Assembly: GCA_938008535.1 (NCBI GenBank)
Contig: CALLKF010000116.1
Location: 11,376-75,375, forward strand
Source of the DNA: an uncultured Saprospirales bacterium
Lineage (GTDB): Bacteria; Bacteroidota; Bacteroidia; Chitinophagales; JADIYW01
DNA length: 64,000 bases
Direction: 5' to 3'
Part shown: one piece after another, positions 38,966 through 48,307 of the stretch
Position numbering within the stretch: the first letter of the stretch is position 1
Layout of the letters: the number at the start of each line of letters is the position of its first letter
Made by a program: the position numbers and the translations under genes
Notes under the pieces: model-generated
Databases searched by the model: none
The model's input: the letters and a program-made list of their open reading frames with translations, nothing else
What the model was told of the DNA's origin: nothing

Positions 38966-39034
38966 AAATGGTTGGTTTACAGTGGGTTTGTAAATTTATC
39001 TGATCAAATTGCGTAAGAAATTGGAATAATTTCT

Positions 39035-40600
39035 TTAAATAAGATTCAACTTTACTTTAAGTTGATCTTTTACAATATCAAATTCTTTAGGTATGTTTTC
39101 AACTGCCACATCAGTAGCCCATTTATATGCATCTTCAATTTTATTATCATCTCTAAAATGCTGATTAGGAAAATATGTCTTAATAAATTTTTCTAATGTT
39201 GGTACAATTTCCAATCCTACTTTATTATCTATAGAGTTTTTTAGTTGACCGTGAGCATCTGGGTCTGAGCCACTATCTTTATCCCAAATTGCAAAATAGT
39301 CATCAATTCCCATCAATCTCATTACACCTATAAAATACATTACGCCTCCTTTACCACCGCATTCAATAATTGAGATACCATTTTTATTTAAGGAAATTTT
39401 CCATTTATCTTCTATTAATGTTGTCCACAGGATTTTATCTGAATCTCCTTCAACTAGAATGACATATCTAGCAAAAAATATTTCATTTCGGTATGTATTA
39501 AAGTGAGCATATATCTTAAATTCTTTTGATTTAAAATAATCTTCGTTTACAAAAGTCTTATTCTTTTTTCTCAAGTAAGTTCCATTATCTTTATCTTTTG
39601 TTATAAGTTCAATCTCATATGCTCTTTGCGGATTAAGAAAATTAGGATTATGTGTTGTATAAAATATTTGTGTATTATCTGAAAGTTTTTGAAAATTGTC
39701 ATACAGTTCTCTTTGAGCTTGTGGATATAAGAAAAGCTCAGGTTCTTCAATTGCAAAAATTGCCTTTCCTTGATTTAATTCAGCATATGATTGAAAAATC
39801 GATAAAAGAATAAGATTCTGCATTCCTGAACCTACTTCTTCAGCATCAAATATTTTTTCATTTAAATCTTCTGAAACTGTAATTTGCAATGTTTTATAAA
39901 ACCAATTTAAATTATAAATATCAAGTTGAGGCTTAAAATTATTTGCGATACCTGCACTATTTTGTTTACAATATCCTACAAAAACATCATAGAATTTTTT
40001 GAAAGAAACGGCAGTTGTATTACCTGAGAAATCATATTCTAAAAATTCTTTTGCTGGTTTCATAATTTCAGTAAACTCGTGCTGTAAATTTTCTTCTCCA
40101 CTATAAAAATCAATATAATTATCCTGTACTAACCTCATCATTTTTCCTAATAAAGTCCAATTACTAACTCTCATCTCATCTTTTAAATCTCTTAAAGAAG
40201 GTATATAAACGAAGTGGCAGGATTTTTTAAATTCTTCATTTAAAAATCCTGGTTTTTCATTACCACTTGGAAAATTCTCCCAAAGACGCATTTCACAATT
40301 AAGTGGATTTAATTCCATTTTTAGTGATACAAATTTTATAGCTCTTTGACCATTATATGATTTCCAATCTATTGGATCATTTAATTCGACTAAAATCTTT
40401 ATTGGTTTTGATGTGTCATTAAATAATTCTTTAGCAACTTTTGCTTTAGTTGTCCAACCTTCACCTAGTACTAAATCAATTGCTTTTAACACATTTGATT
40501 TACCACTACTATTTGCGCCAACAATTGCACATAATTTTAAAGGTTCTAATTCTAACCGCTTTATAGAACGGAAATTCTCGATTGAAATTTTCTTAATCAT
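39035..40600 (-). CDS. OLD-family ATP-dependent endonuclease (ABC-type ATPase + C-terminal Toprim)
   Basis: N-terminus IENFRSIKRLELE, Walker A GANSSGKSN, signature-like GSGMQN, Walker B FAIEEPELFLYP and H-loop TTHNP. Toprim motifs are ILVEGDSDKILW, ECGGKGG and FAIWDKDSGSD. Confidence 0.85.
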   Translation of the reverse strand: MIKKISIENFRSIKRLELEPLKLCAIVGANSSGKSNVLKAIDLVLGEGWTTKAKVAKELFNDTSKPIKILVELNDPIDWKSYNGQRAIKFVSLKMELNPLNCEMRLWENFPSGNEKPGFLNEEFKKSCHFVYIPSLRDLKDEMRVSNWTLLGKMMRLVQDNYIDFYSGEENLQHEFTEIMKPAKEFLEYDFSGNTTAVSFKKFYDVFVGYCKQNSAGIANNFKPQLDIYNLNWFYKTLQITVSEDLNEKIFDAEEVGSGMQNLILLSIFQSYAELNQGKAIFAIEEPELFLYPQAQRELYDNFQKLSDNTQIFYTTHNPNFLNPQRAYEIELITKDKDNGTYLRKKNKTFVNEDYFKSKEFKIYAHFNTYRNEIFFARYVILVEGDSDKILWTTLIEDKWKISLNKNGISIIECGGKGGVMYFIGVMRLMGIDDYFAIWDKDSGSDPDAHGQLKNSIDNKVGLEIVPTLEKFIKTYFPNQHFRDDNKIEDAYKWATDVAVENIPKEFDIVKDQLKVKLNLI

Positions 40601-40729
40601 TTCAAAAAATATTAAACATTAACACTTTATTTTTACTATCAAATATAGCTTTCTTTAATTAGACTGCGAAATATAGAATTAACAAATTAAACTGCTTGCT
40701 GTATTTGCTGATAATTACACACCTCTTAA

Positions 40730-40747
40730 TCTCCTCTCAAGAGGAGA
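40730..40747. promoter_or_regulatory. Perfect palindrome in the OLD/HTH divergent intergenic region (candidate operator or small hairpin)
   Basis: tctcctc-tcaa-gaggaga forms a 7-bp perfect stem and is the most GC-rich structured element in the 281-bp spacer. Confidence 0.3.
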
Positions 40748-40881
40748 AACCGGACAGTGGTATTCTGGTTGGCAGTAGTGCTTAATAAATTTAGTATGAC
40801 AGTTAGACTATTTTCTTTTAGCAATGACATCTTTTATTGCATGTTTTTTATTAATATTACTTAATAAAAAAACCAATTACT

Positions 40882-41235
40882 ATGATTACATTAGAAATTA
40901 GCCCAGTGCTAAACGAACGTGAAGTGAAAAAACATGGTTCGTTCCTTTTTCAAAATGGCTTCTCGTGGAATTTTGCGAGCCGTCTGTTGACAAAAAAAGT
41001 TAAAAGTATTTCGTTTAAGCATCTTGAAACTTTGTGTACGCTGCTGCATTGCACGCCTAATGACATTTTGTTGTGGAAACCTGACGAAGGACAACAGCCA
41101 GATAAATCGCAGCCGCTGCACCAACTCACTCCACATTACAGAACTCTCGTGTCGCACGGCTTAAAGAATCTGCCTATTGAAACACTGAGAGAGATTCGCA
41201 AAATGATTGAAGAGGAAGTGAAGAAGAATCTGTAA
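40882..41235 (+). CDS. XRE/Cro-type helix-turn-helix protein
   Basis: 117 aa; ISFKHLETLCTLLHCTPNDILLW matches the C-terminal half of the HTH_XRE domain. It is divergent from the OLD gene. Confidence 0.65.
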   Translation: MITLEISPVLNEREVKKHGSFLFQNGFSWNFASRLLTKKVKSISFKHLETLCTLLHCTPNDILLWKPDEGQQPDKSQPLHQLTPHYRTLVSHGLKNLPIETLREIRKMIEEEVKKNL

Positions 41236-41276
41236 GGATTTTTTTTTATTTGTGGTATTGAGTCAAGACTAAAAAA

Positions 41277-41298
41277 TCCATCGTGTAGGCGATGGATT
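41277..41298. terminator. Bidirectional intrinsic terminator between HTH gene and toxin gene
   Basis: atccatcg-tgtagg-cgatggat forms an 8-bp stem, flanked by A6 upstream and T7+ downstream. Confidence 0.75.
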
Positions 41299-41327
41299 TT
41301 TTTTACAGTATAATTTGATTGAAGAAA

Positions 41328-41642
41328 TTACTTTGGTGTTCGTTGTTGTATATGTGTTATCATGTCTTGCTTTTCACCTAATACTGCGATGATGCTAATG
41401 TGTTTTTTGTTTTCGTTTTTGATGTAAAATACATAGTATGGAAAACGTTCTATTTCTACTATTCTTACTTCTTTTATAAATTGTCTGTGTTCTACAATTG
41501 TTACTGGTAAATCGTCTATTACTTTAAATGCTTCTTGCAAAAATTCGGTTCCTAATCTTTCTTGTTTTTCTTCGTACCAATCATAGATTTTTCTTAACTC
41601 TAATTTCGCTTTGGTACGAATAATTACTTTATAGTTGCTCAT
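41328..41642 (-). CDS. RelE/ParE-family type II toxin
   Basis: 104 aa with a ParE-like pattern (AKLELRKIYDWY...ERFPYYVFYI...ISIIAVLG). It has a 4-nt overlap with the upstream small gene. Confidence 0.7.
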   Translation of the reverse strand: MSNYKVIIRTKAKLELRKIYDWYEEKQERLGTEFLQEAFKVIDDLPVTIVEHRQFIKEVRIVEIERFPYYVFYIKNENKKHISIIAVLGEKQDMITHIQQRTPK

Positions 41643-41863
41643 AGTTTGCCTTCCAATCTTAGTTCCTTTTTAAATGCTTCTGATGAAATGCCTTCTTCTG
41701 AATCTTGTCCATATTCTTCTAATCTTTCTTCTATTATACTATAATGTAATGCGCTAAATTTCTGGTCTGCTTCTAATAATTTCTTTACTGCTTTTATTAT
41801 CCATTCTTCTTCGCAGTTTTTAATTCCTTCAATTATTAGTTGCTTTTCTGCTGATATTTGCAT
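41639..41863 (-). CDS. Putative antitoxin (addiction-module component)
   Basis: 74-aa acidic protein, translationally coupled (ATGA) to the ParE-like gene. Confidence 0.55.
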   Translation of the reverse strand: MQISAEKQLIIEGIKNCEEEWIIKAVKKLLEADQKFSALHYSIIEERLEEYGQDSEEGISSEAFKKELRLEGKL

Positions 41864-41994
41864 GGCTTTATTTTTATCAAATTTAATGTTTTTATTCTTT
41901 TATGGTTGTTAATTTTTTATGTGTTGCGTGGTTGGTGCAATATGTTTGGTAAGTGGTTTGTTGGTTGGAAAGCAAGAACGGTAAAGGATTAATT

Positions 41995-42537
41995 TTAAGG
42001 ACTAGCACATTCTATATCTTTTACACCTGTTATTTTATTAAGAAACGTAACCGGATCAAATTTTACCTCAATTATAACAGTATCATTATAGACAACAAGT
42101 TCACTGCCATAATCTGAAACACTAATAGTTGAATAAGAAGAATCTGCATAATCTATTTTTATGGCTAATCTTGTATCGCCCCATCCTCGTTTGTGAACAC
42201 TAACTATTTCACTATTATATACCATATTATACAAAACACTATCTATTACTTTTTCATTAGATGTAGAAAAAATAATTTGATTTTTTTTGATAACATCTTT
42301 AGCAGACAATGCAAAATCAACTTTACAGTGCCCATAATTAGGTCGTTGTCCAAAACACCAGCAGTATAATGTTAGTTTCTTTCGCTTTACGTTTTTCTTA
42401 GAATCTTTATAATTTACTATTCGTAAAGAATCTTCATTTACTTTAACTACTTCTGTATGATTCTCAACTTTCTTATTACAATTATTACAGGAAATAAATA
42501 GCAGAATTACAAAACTGATTATCAAAAATCTTATCAT
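41995..42537 (-). CDS. Hypothetical lipoprotein
   Basis: MIRFLIISFVILLFISC provides a lipobox; no recognised domain. Confidence 0.5.
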   Translation of the reverse strand: MIRFLIISFVILLFISCNNCNKKVENHTEVVKVNEDSLRIVNYKDSKKNVKRKKLTLYCWCFGQRPNYGHCKVDFALSAKDVIKKNQIIFSTSNEKVIDSVLYNMVYNSEIVSVHKRGWGDTRLAIKIDYADSSYSTISVSDYGSELVVYNDTVIIEVKFDPVTFLNKITGVKDIECASP

Positions 42538-42540
42538 CGT

Positions 42541-43344
42541 TTACATTTTCTTGTAATACTTCAACGCTTCTTGTAAGTATTTATTTTGAATATCGCTGAT
42601 GCGTGTTTCATCGCTTGGGTGTGTGCTTAAGAATTGTGGTGGGTTTTGTCCTTGGCTTTGCGCTGCCATGCGTTTCCAGAAGTTAATAGCCTCGGTTGGG
42701 TCGTAGCCAGCCATTGCCATAAAAATTAAACCCATGCGGTCGGCTTCGCTTTCCTGTTTTCTGCCAAAAGGCAATATGGCGCCTAATTGCGTGCCGATGC
42801 CAACTGCATTCATAAAGATGCTTTTAGTTTGTTCTTTTTGATTGGCTAAGGCAACATCTAAGGCAGTCATACCTAATTCCTGCATCATCTGCGCGCTCAT
42901 CCGTTCGTTCCCGTGGCTGGCAATAGCATGCGATATTTCATGGCCCATCACCACTGCCAAACCTGCTTCAGTTTGCGTAATTGGCAGCAAGCCTGTGTAA
43001 ACAACTACCTTTCCGCCAGGCATGCACCATGCATTTGCAATTGGATCATTTACCACATTAAATTCCCAAGCGTATGATTTCATTTTGTCTGCCAAACCAA
43101 TCTGTGTCATGTATGCATTTACGGCTGCGGCAATGCGTGTGCCTACTTTTTTTACTAAGTCAACATTTGCGCCAGTGGAAACAACTTTTGTTTTGTTTTC
43201 TGTTAAAAAACTTTGGTACTCGGTTAACGCCATCGAGTTCATTTGCTCTTCAGGCAATAAGGTTAATTGTTTTCGTCCTGTTATTGGATTTTGGCTGCAT
43301 GCTGCAATCAAAATGGTTAGTATTATTAAGTTCCATTTCTTCAT
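42541..43344 (-). CDS. M48-family zinc metallopeptidase lipoprotein
   Basis: Lipobox LTILIAACS, HEISHAIASH (HExxH), and a downstream E (ESEADRMG). Confidence 0.85.
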   Translation of the reverse strand: MKKWNLIILTILIAACSQNPITGRKQLTLLPEEQMNSMALTEYQSFLTENKTKVVSTGANVDLVKKVGTRIAAAVNAYMTQIGLADKMKSYAWEFNVVNDPIANAWCMPGGKVVVYTGLLPITQTEAGLAVVMGHEISHAIASHGNERMSAQMMQELGMTALDVALANQKEQTKSIFMNAVGIGTQLGAILPFGRKQESEADRMGLIFMAMAGYDPTEAINFWKRMAAQSQGQNPPQFLSTHPSDETRISDIQNKYLQEALKYYKKM

Positions 43345-43434
43345 TTTCTGCTTTTTTATTTTTTACTATAATAAAGTTTACACCTTTCTGTTGACTGTGA
43401 TAATGAAAGGTGTAAACTTGTAAACTACTGCTGT

Positions 43435-46400
43435 CTATTTTGGTTTTGTTTTCGATTTTGTTTTTGGTGTTGCTATTGAATCTGTTGGCGTTGGCTCAAC
43501 AGGTACAACGTTTTCATTAGATGTATCTTTAACTGGTTCGGTTGCAGGTGTATTTGTATTTTCTTCTGTATTAGATTTTTGTTTACCAGGTTCTAAAGAA
43601 AATTTCTTTTTCGGACTTTGTTTAAAATCATCTTTCGGTGGTTTTGGTGCAGGTGCAGTTTCTTGCGGTGCGGCTGGAGTTTCCACTGGTGTAGGTGCTT
43701 CTTGCGGTGCGGTTACCGGTGGTTTTTCGTAAGAAGATGATGGTGCAATTTTATTTTTTACTTTGTCTTTAAAACGTTCGGTAAAATCTTCCATACGTGT
43801 CACAAAGTTATCGCGCATAGAAATATCTGCAGGCATGAACTCAAACACAGGAACTTTATTTTCGCGATACACTCTATCTGCATCACGCAAAACAGTAACA
43901 GCATTTACTACATCAGGTACAGAAGAAGCAATACCTAATTGTCCTTTTTTTAATTTTAAGTACAACCAACCACCAGATTTATTTTGTAAATAAACATTTA
44001 CAAAATCGCTTTCGTAGGCATACCCAATTTCTACATAAGCGTCGTATTGACGCTTCACAATATCGCCACCAAAAATTGCTAAACTCACTTTTTCAGAACT
44101 TTTAAACGATGCATCTTGCGCGTCCCAATAGAACTTGGTACCAGTTAATAAAAAATTGTAGTCCATGCTTTTTGGAATAAAAAACGAATCAATGGTGTAC
44201 ATACTTGCCAATAATTTATTGGACTCAAGCGTATCTTTTGCTAAAACCGCTACTGTTCGTTGCATTACTTTGTTGCGTTTGTAATTATTAAAGCTCACTA
44301 CATCGTCTGCAGCTAAAAATGGATTTAACAAGGTGCTAGCAACGGCAGGATTCATGAAAAATTTCATGGCAAAATCTGCAGTTATTTCTAAGTTTTGACT
44401 ATTTGGTGTGTACGTAAAACTACCTACTGTGCTTACTTTTGCAGGTGCAAGATTTAGGTCGAAATTGATTTCACCGTTTGCTTCCATTACTTTTGTTTGC
44501 TCATTGTATTTTAAACAAGAAGCGTGTGAATAATATTGCTTGAAAGCACTTTCATCACCAAACAAAATATTATTGGGTTCGGTTTTGCTATACGCCATCG
44601 AACCTTTAACAGACATAATAGCTGCATCATTTCCTTGACGTTTGTCTTGTAAAACGGCTTGGTAAAACTCAGGAATACTTTTATCTAAAATTAAACCTAC
44701 ATACAATGAATTGTTTGGATCGTTTAAGATTTTATCCATACTTACAGAAGGTTTTTTCGGATCGAGTGTTTGAACATTTGCAATCCAATCGCTATTGGTA
44801 TTGGCAATATCAATTTTAATAAAACCATCTAGGAAAATATCTTTATGCTTAGAATCAAAATCGAATTTTCCTTTATAAAAAACTTTATTGTCTAATTTAA
44901 AATTATCAGTTTCTTCAATAATTGCATGTGCAAATGTATACACTTGACTCATGTCTCTAGCGTCTAATACTTTTTTACCTTTTTTGCCTTCAGGAACTAC
45001 TTGTCCTTTGTATGGATTATTGACGCCAATATCTGCAATAGCAATTTTTTCGCTGGTTCCGTTATTCATTTTGAAATAATAATTTCCTTTTGCAGAAAAA
45101 TCATTTCTACCAACAACAATTACATCAGATTCTTTTACGATATGATAGCTGCTATCTTTATGAAAAATTACTTGTGCATTTTTTAAGGTTCGTACAGTAC
45201 CATCTTGTTCAATAAAAATCTCGCCTTTGTCTGGAATTACTTTTGAATCAGCCAATAATAACTCATTGATACCTGCAAAGTGAATTGAGTTTTCATTCAA
45301 ATTTAACTCAGCTTCAGCAGTGATAAATTTCAAAGAATCTTTTGTTGGATCGGTTGATAGTAAGAAGAATTTTGAGTTAGCAGTTGCAGCATTTAGTTTC
45401 AGCATATTTTTTGCTAAATCGATGTGCAAAAATTTCGGATTGGCAACATACTTAAATGACTCTAATGGAATAGTATCATTTTTATTGAGTTCAATGTCTG
45501 CTAATTTTTTATCTAAATCGAATTTGGCATTCACATCGTTAGAAGCCAATAAAGATGTTCCATCATCAGTAGAAAGATTTAATTTACCATTTTTAGCCAC
45601 AAATTGACGAGCACCAAAAGTGATATCTTGCGATTCGAGTTTCGTTTTATTCCAAGATAAAACGCCAACACCTAATAAATTTTTATTATGCAAAATTAAT
45701 TTTCCATTCAATTCTGTGGTGGCATCATACATGCTAAATTTTTCGTCTTTTGCTGGTGAAACAACTAAAGAATCTTTTTTCTGATTCCAAGCAAACGACG
45801 ATTGATTGATGCTTGCTTGTGGTAAATTACCAGTTTTATCTTCTGTAATACGCATGCTATCTAGCTGTGCATACACGCTATCCATAAAAAAGAAAGCAGT
45901 ATCGGAAAACATTTTTGCCGAACCAAACTCAAACAAACCTTTACCAGAAAGGCCTTGCGAATTGAGTCGAATGTTAGATGTATATTTTCCTTTGTTGCCA
46001 AATAAATTGTAACCACCTTTTGGCGTTTCAATATTTAAACCATACGATTTATCATCTTGTAAATTAATTGGTGATTTAATAGGTGCGAAAATACCACCAG
46101 AAATCAGTTGACCATCTAAGGATAATTTTTCTGTTTCTACATCGTTCAAACTGTCAATTTCAAAAGGATACACTTGGTAATAGAACTTATCTTTATCGTA
46201 TTTGCTACCATTTGCACCTTTATCGTAAGTGATTTTTGCTGTGTCGCCACTAGTAAAATATGGATATTTTTTATTGTTGTTAGTTCCTGATTTATTATTT
46301 GGTTCAGCGATATGCAAAGTGCCTGTTACTTTTTGAATTGGTGTTTTAGAACGAACCAATTTTACTTCACCACGTTCGTTTGGTTTACCTTCTGGAACAT

Positions 46401-48258
46401 ACACCACCATAGAGTCAACGCTCTTCATGTTGAATGCGTAATTGTCATAATCGAACTCCATTTTTTTGGCAATGAAGTCAAATTTGCCTACGATAATTTT
46501 TCCACCAACCGTCATTGATCTGTTTTTCTTAATAATTACAGTATCATTATTTGGAATAAATTTCACACCAGATTTAGTACTCATATTAATTTCTTCCACA
46601 CCATAAACTTCTAAAATATTAGTTTTGGTATCTAAGCGAGCATTTAAATTTCTTTTGAAAGAAGCAAATTTGATAAAGTCGTAATCTTGTTTTCCTTTGG
46701 ATGCCAACGCTTGGTTTATCAATTTCTCTTTCACTTCAATCATACGCGTAGATGGATTATAATTGATGTAACCATCTTCGACCAAACGAAAAAATATAGT
46801 TTGAGTTGCACTATACGGAGCACCTGGATTGATGTCAGATGCAATGCTCATGGCATCTACAAATTTATTTTCACCAGAAGCATAATATTTATAAATTTTT
46901 TCAATTGGACCTTGCTCATTTGGACCTTTGTATTTGTTTTCTAAATTTGGCTGGTAATAATTAAACGATTCAAAAATAGCTGGTTTATCGCCAGAAATAG
47001 TAATCATAAAAAACTTCATAATCGTGCTATCTAAGTTCCATTTCATTTCATCAACATACAAAAAGAACTTATGATATTCGCTTGTAAATGGTTGTTTTGA
47101 TAAAGGTTTCACATCGCGATATACTTTGATATCTTTTGTTTTTGAATAGTATGTAAAATTGACAAATGGATGCGTAATATTATTATCTTTTAAGAAAATA
47201 GTCATCGAAGCATCTTCAATATTGATGTCTTTAAAATCTTTTAAAGCAATACGTGGTGCAGTAACTCTTACCATTTCTTTAGCATCTTTACTTAGCGATA
47301 ATTTTGGCAAAACGGTGTCGGAACCAACTGCGAAAATATCAGTTCCTAATAATTCAAAACCACCATTAATTTTTATTTCTTTTGCTAATGTGTTGAAATT
47401 TACATTGTTGCTATTTGAACGAAATTTCGGATACAATCTTTCTTGTGATTTTGCTTGTAATAACTTATCAGTATATGCACCAGTAAGCACTTCATTTAAA
47501 AATGGTTTAAAAGTTAGTTTAGCAGAATCAATTACAATATCTGATTTATTTAAGTATAATTGATGGTTTCCAAACGTTACAAAATTATTTGCAGGATCGA
47601 AGCCAGCGCGTTGCATAGATATATTTCCTTTTGTTCCAATCCATAAATTTTCTAGTGGAAAATATTTCCCACTTTCATTTTTAATGATAATCGTATCAAC
47701 ATTTGAGGAACCAATTAAATCAGTTGATGGAAACATAAAAACAGGTCTCTCATTTATATAATCCACTGTATAATCGCCATTTGCTTGCCAAACGTTTGTA
47801 TTAGTATAATACAAAGCATTTTTTGAATATAAATTAGATAAGTAGTTTATGTAGCCATCGAATTCTTTCAAATTTCCAGCTTTTGATTTATCTAAAATTG
47901 TTTGTAAAATTTCAAAGTTTTTATTAATAGCAACACTGTTTACTTTTGCAACATCTAAAGTCAACAACATACTGGCAAAATCAAATAAAACAGGAAAAGC
48001 TGGTGCTTTTTTAGTAAGCATTGCTTGTGTTAATGTTTGTATTTTTGGATAATAAGCTGATGCTTTTCCGTTAACGATTGCTTTCGGAAATTTTTCGGCT
48101 AGCTCTTTACAATCATCTCTTGTACAAGTAGATTTTATAAACTCAGCATACGCTTTTCCAAATGCAGCATTATCAGCAGGAAACGAAGTTGGATATTGTG
48201 CGTTTGAAAAGTAGTAAGTAGAAAGTAATAAGCAGAAAGTAATAAGTATATTTTTCAT
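43435..48258 (-). CDS. Giant secreted/cell-envelope protein of unknown function (~1607 aa) with Pro/Thr/Ala-rich C-terminal tail
   Basis: An uninterrupted ORF. The start was moved to MKNILITFCLLLSTYYFSNAQ (ATG at 48258, signal peptide). The last ~110 aa are low-complexity (PPVTAPQEAPTPVETPAAPQETAPAPKPP...). Confidence 0.8.
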   Translation of the reverse strand: MKNILITFCLLLSTYYFSNAQYPTSFPADNAAFGKAYAEFIKSTCTRDDCKELAEKFPKAIVNGKASAYYPKIQTLTQAMLTKKAPAFPVLFDFASMLLTLDVAKVNSVAINKNFEILQTILDKSKAGNLKEFDGYINYLSNLYSKNALYYTNTNVWQANGDYTVDYINERPVFMFPSTDLIGSSNVDTIIIKNESGKYFPLENLWIGTKGNISMQRAGFDPANNFVTFGNHQLYLNKSDIVIDSAKLTFKPFLNEVLTGAYTDKLLQAKSQERLYPKFRSNSNNVNFNTLAKEIKINGGFELLGTDIFAVGSDTVLPKLSLSKDAKEMVRVTAPRIALKDFKDINIEDASMTIFLKDNNITHPFVNFTYYSKTKDIKVYRDVKPLSKQPFTSEYHKFFLYVDEMKWNLDSTIMKFFMITISGDKPAIFESFNYYQPNLENKYKGPNEQGPIEKIYKYYASGENKFVDAMSIASDINPGAPYSATQTIFFRLVEDGYINYNPSTRMIEVKEKLINQALASKGKQDYDFIKFASFKRNLNARLDTKTNILEVYGVEEINMSTKSGVKFIPNNDTVIIKKNRSMTVGGKIIVGKFDFIAKKMEFDYDNYAFNMKSVDSMVVYVPEGKPNERGEVKLVRSKTPIQKVTGTLHIAEPNNKSGTNNNKKYPYFTSGDTAKITYDKGANGSKYDKDKFYYQVYPFEIDSLNDVETEKLSLDGQLISGGIFAPIKSPINLQDDKSYGLNIETPKGGYNLFGNKGKYTSNIRLNSQGLSGKGLFEFGSAKMFSDTAFFFMDSVYAQLDSMRITEDKTGNLPQASINQSSFAWNQKKDSLVVSPAKDEKFSMYDATTELNGKLILHNKNLLGVGVLSWNKTKLESQDITFGARQFVAKNGKLNLSTDDGTSLLASNDVNAKFDLDKKLADIELNKNDTIPLESFKYVANPKFLHIDLAKNMLKLNAATANSKFFLLSTDPTKDSLKFITAEAELNLNENSIHFAGINELLLADSKVIPDKGEIFIEQDGTVRTLKNAQVIFHKDSSYHIVKESDVIVVGRNDFSAKGNYYFKMNNGTSEKIAIADIGVNNPYKGQVVPEGKKGKKVLDARDMSQVYTFAHAIIEETDNFKLDNKVFYKGKFDFDSKHKDIFLDGFIKIDIANTNSDWIANVQTLDPKKPSVSMDKILNDPNNSLYVGLILDKSIPEFYQAVLQDKRQGNDAAIMSVKGSMAYSKTEPNNILFGDESAFKQYYSHASCLKYNEQTKVMEANGEINFDLNLAPAKVSTVGSFTYTPNSQNLEITADFAMKFFMNPAVASTLLNPFLAADDVVSFNNYKRNKVMQRTVAVLAKDTLESNKLLASMYTIDSFFIPKSMDYNFLLTGTKFYWDAQDASFKSSEKVSLAIFGGDIVKRQYDAYVEIGYAYESDFVNVYLQNKSGGWLYLKLKKGQLGIASSVPDVVNAVTVLRDADRVYRENKVPVFEFMPADISMRDNFVTRMEDFTERFKDKVKNKIAPSSSYEKPPVTAPQEAPTPVETPAAPQETAPAPKPPKDDFKQSPKKKFSLEPGKQKSNTEENTNTPATEPVKDTSNENVVPVEPTPTDSIATPKTKSKTKPK

Positions 48259-48307
48259 ACTATGTTTTTTTATAAATTCAAGTGATTTATCCCTTGAAAA
48301 TTTGTAA

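Noticed and set aside
39035-40600. Calling the OLD-family gene Gabija GajA, PARIS AriAB or a retron effector
   Set aside because: No adjacent UvrD-like helicase, separate DUF4435/Toprim gene or reverse transcriptase is present. Only the family-level OLD (ATPase + Toprim) call is supported by the motifs.
40741-40790. Possible tRNA fragment or att site in ggagaaaccggacagtggtattctggttggcagtagtgc
   Set aside because: No T-arm (GTTCRANNC) or acceptor complementarity could be found by eye, so it is not supportable as a tRNA remnant.
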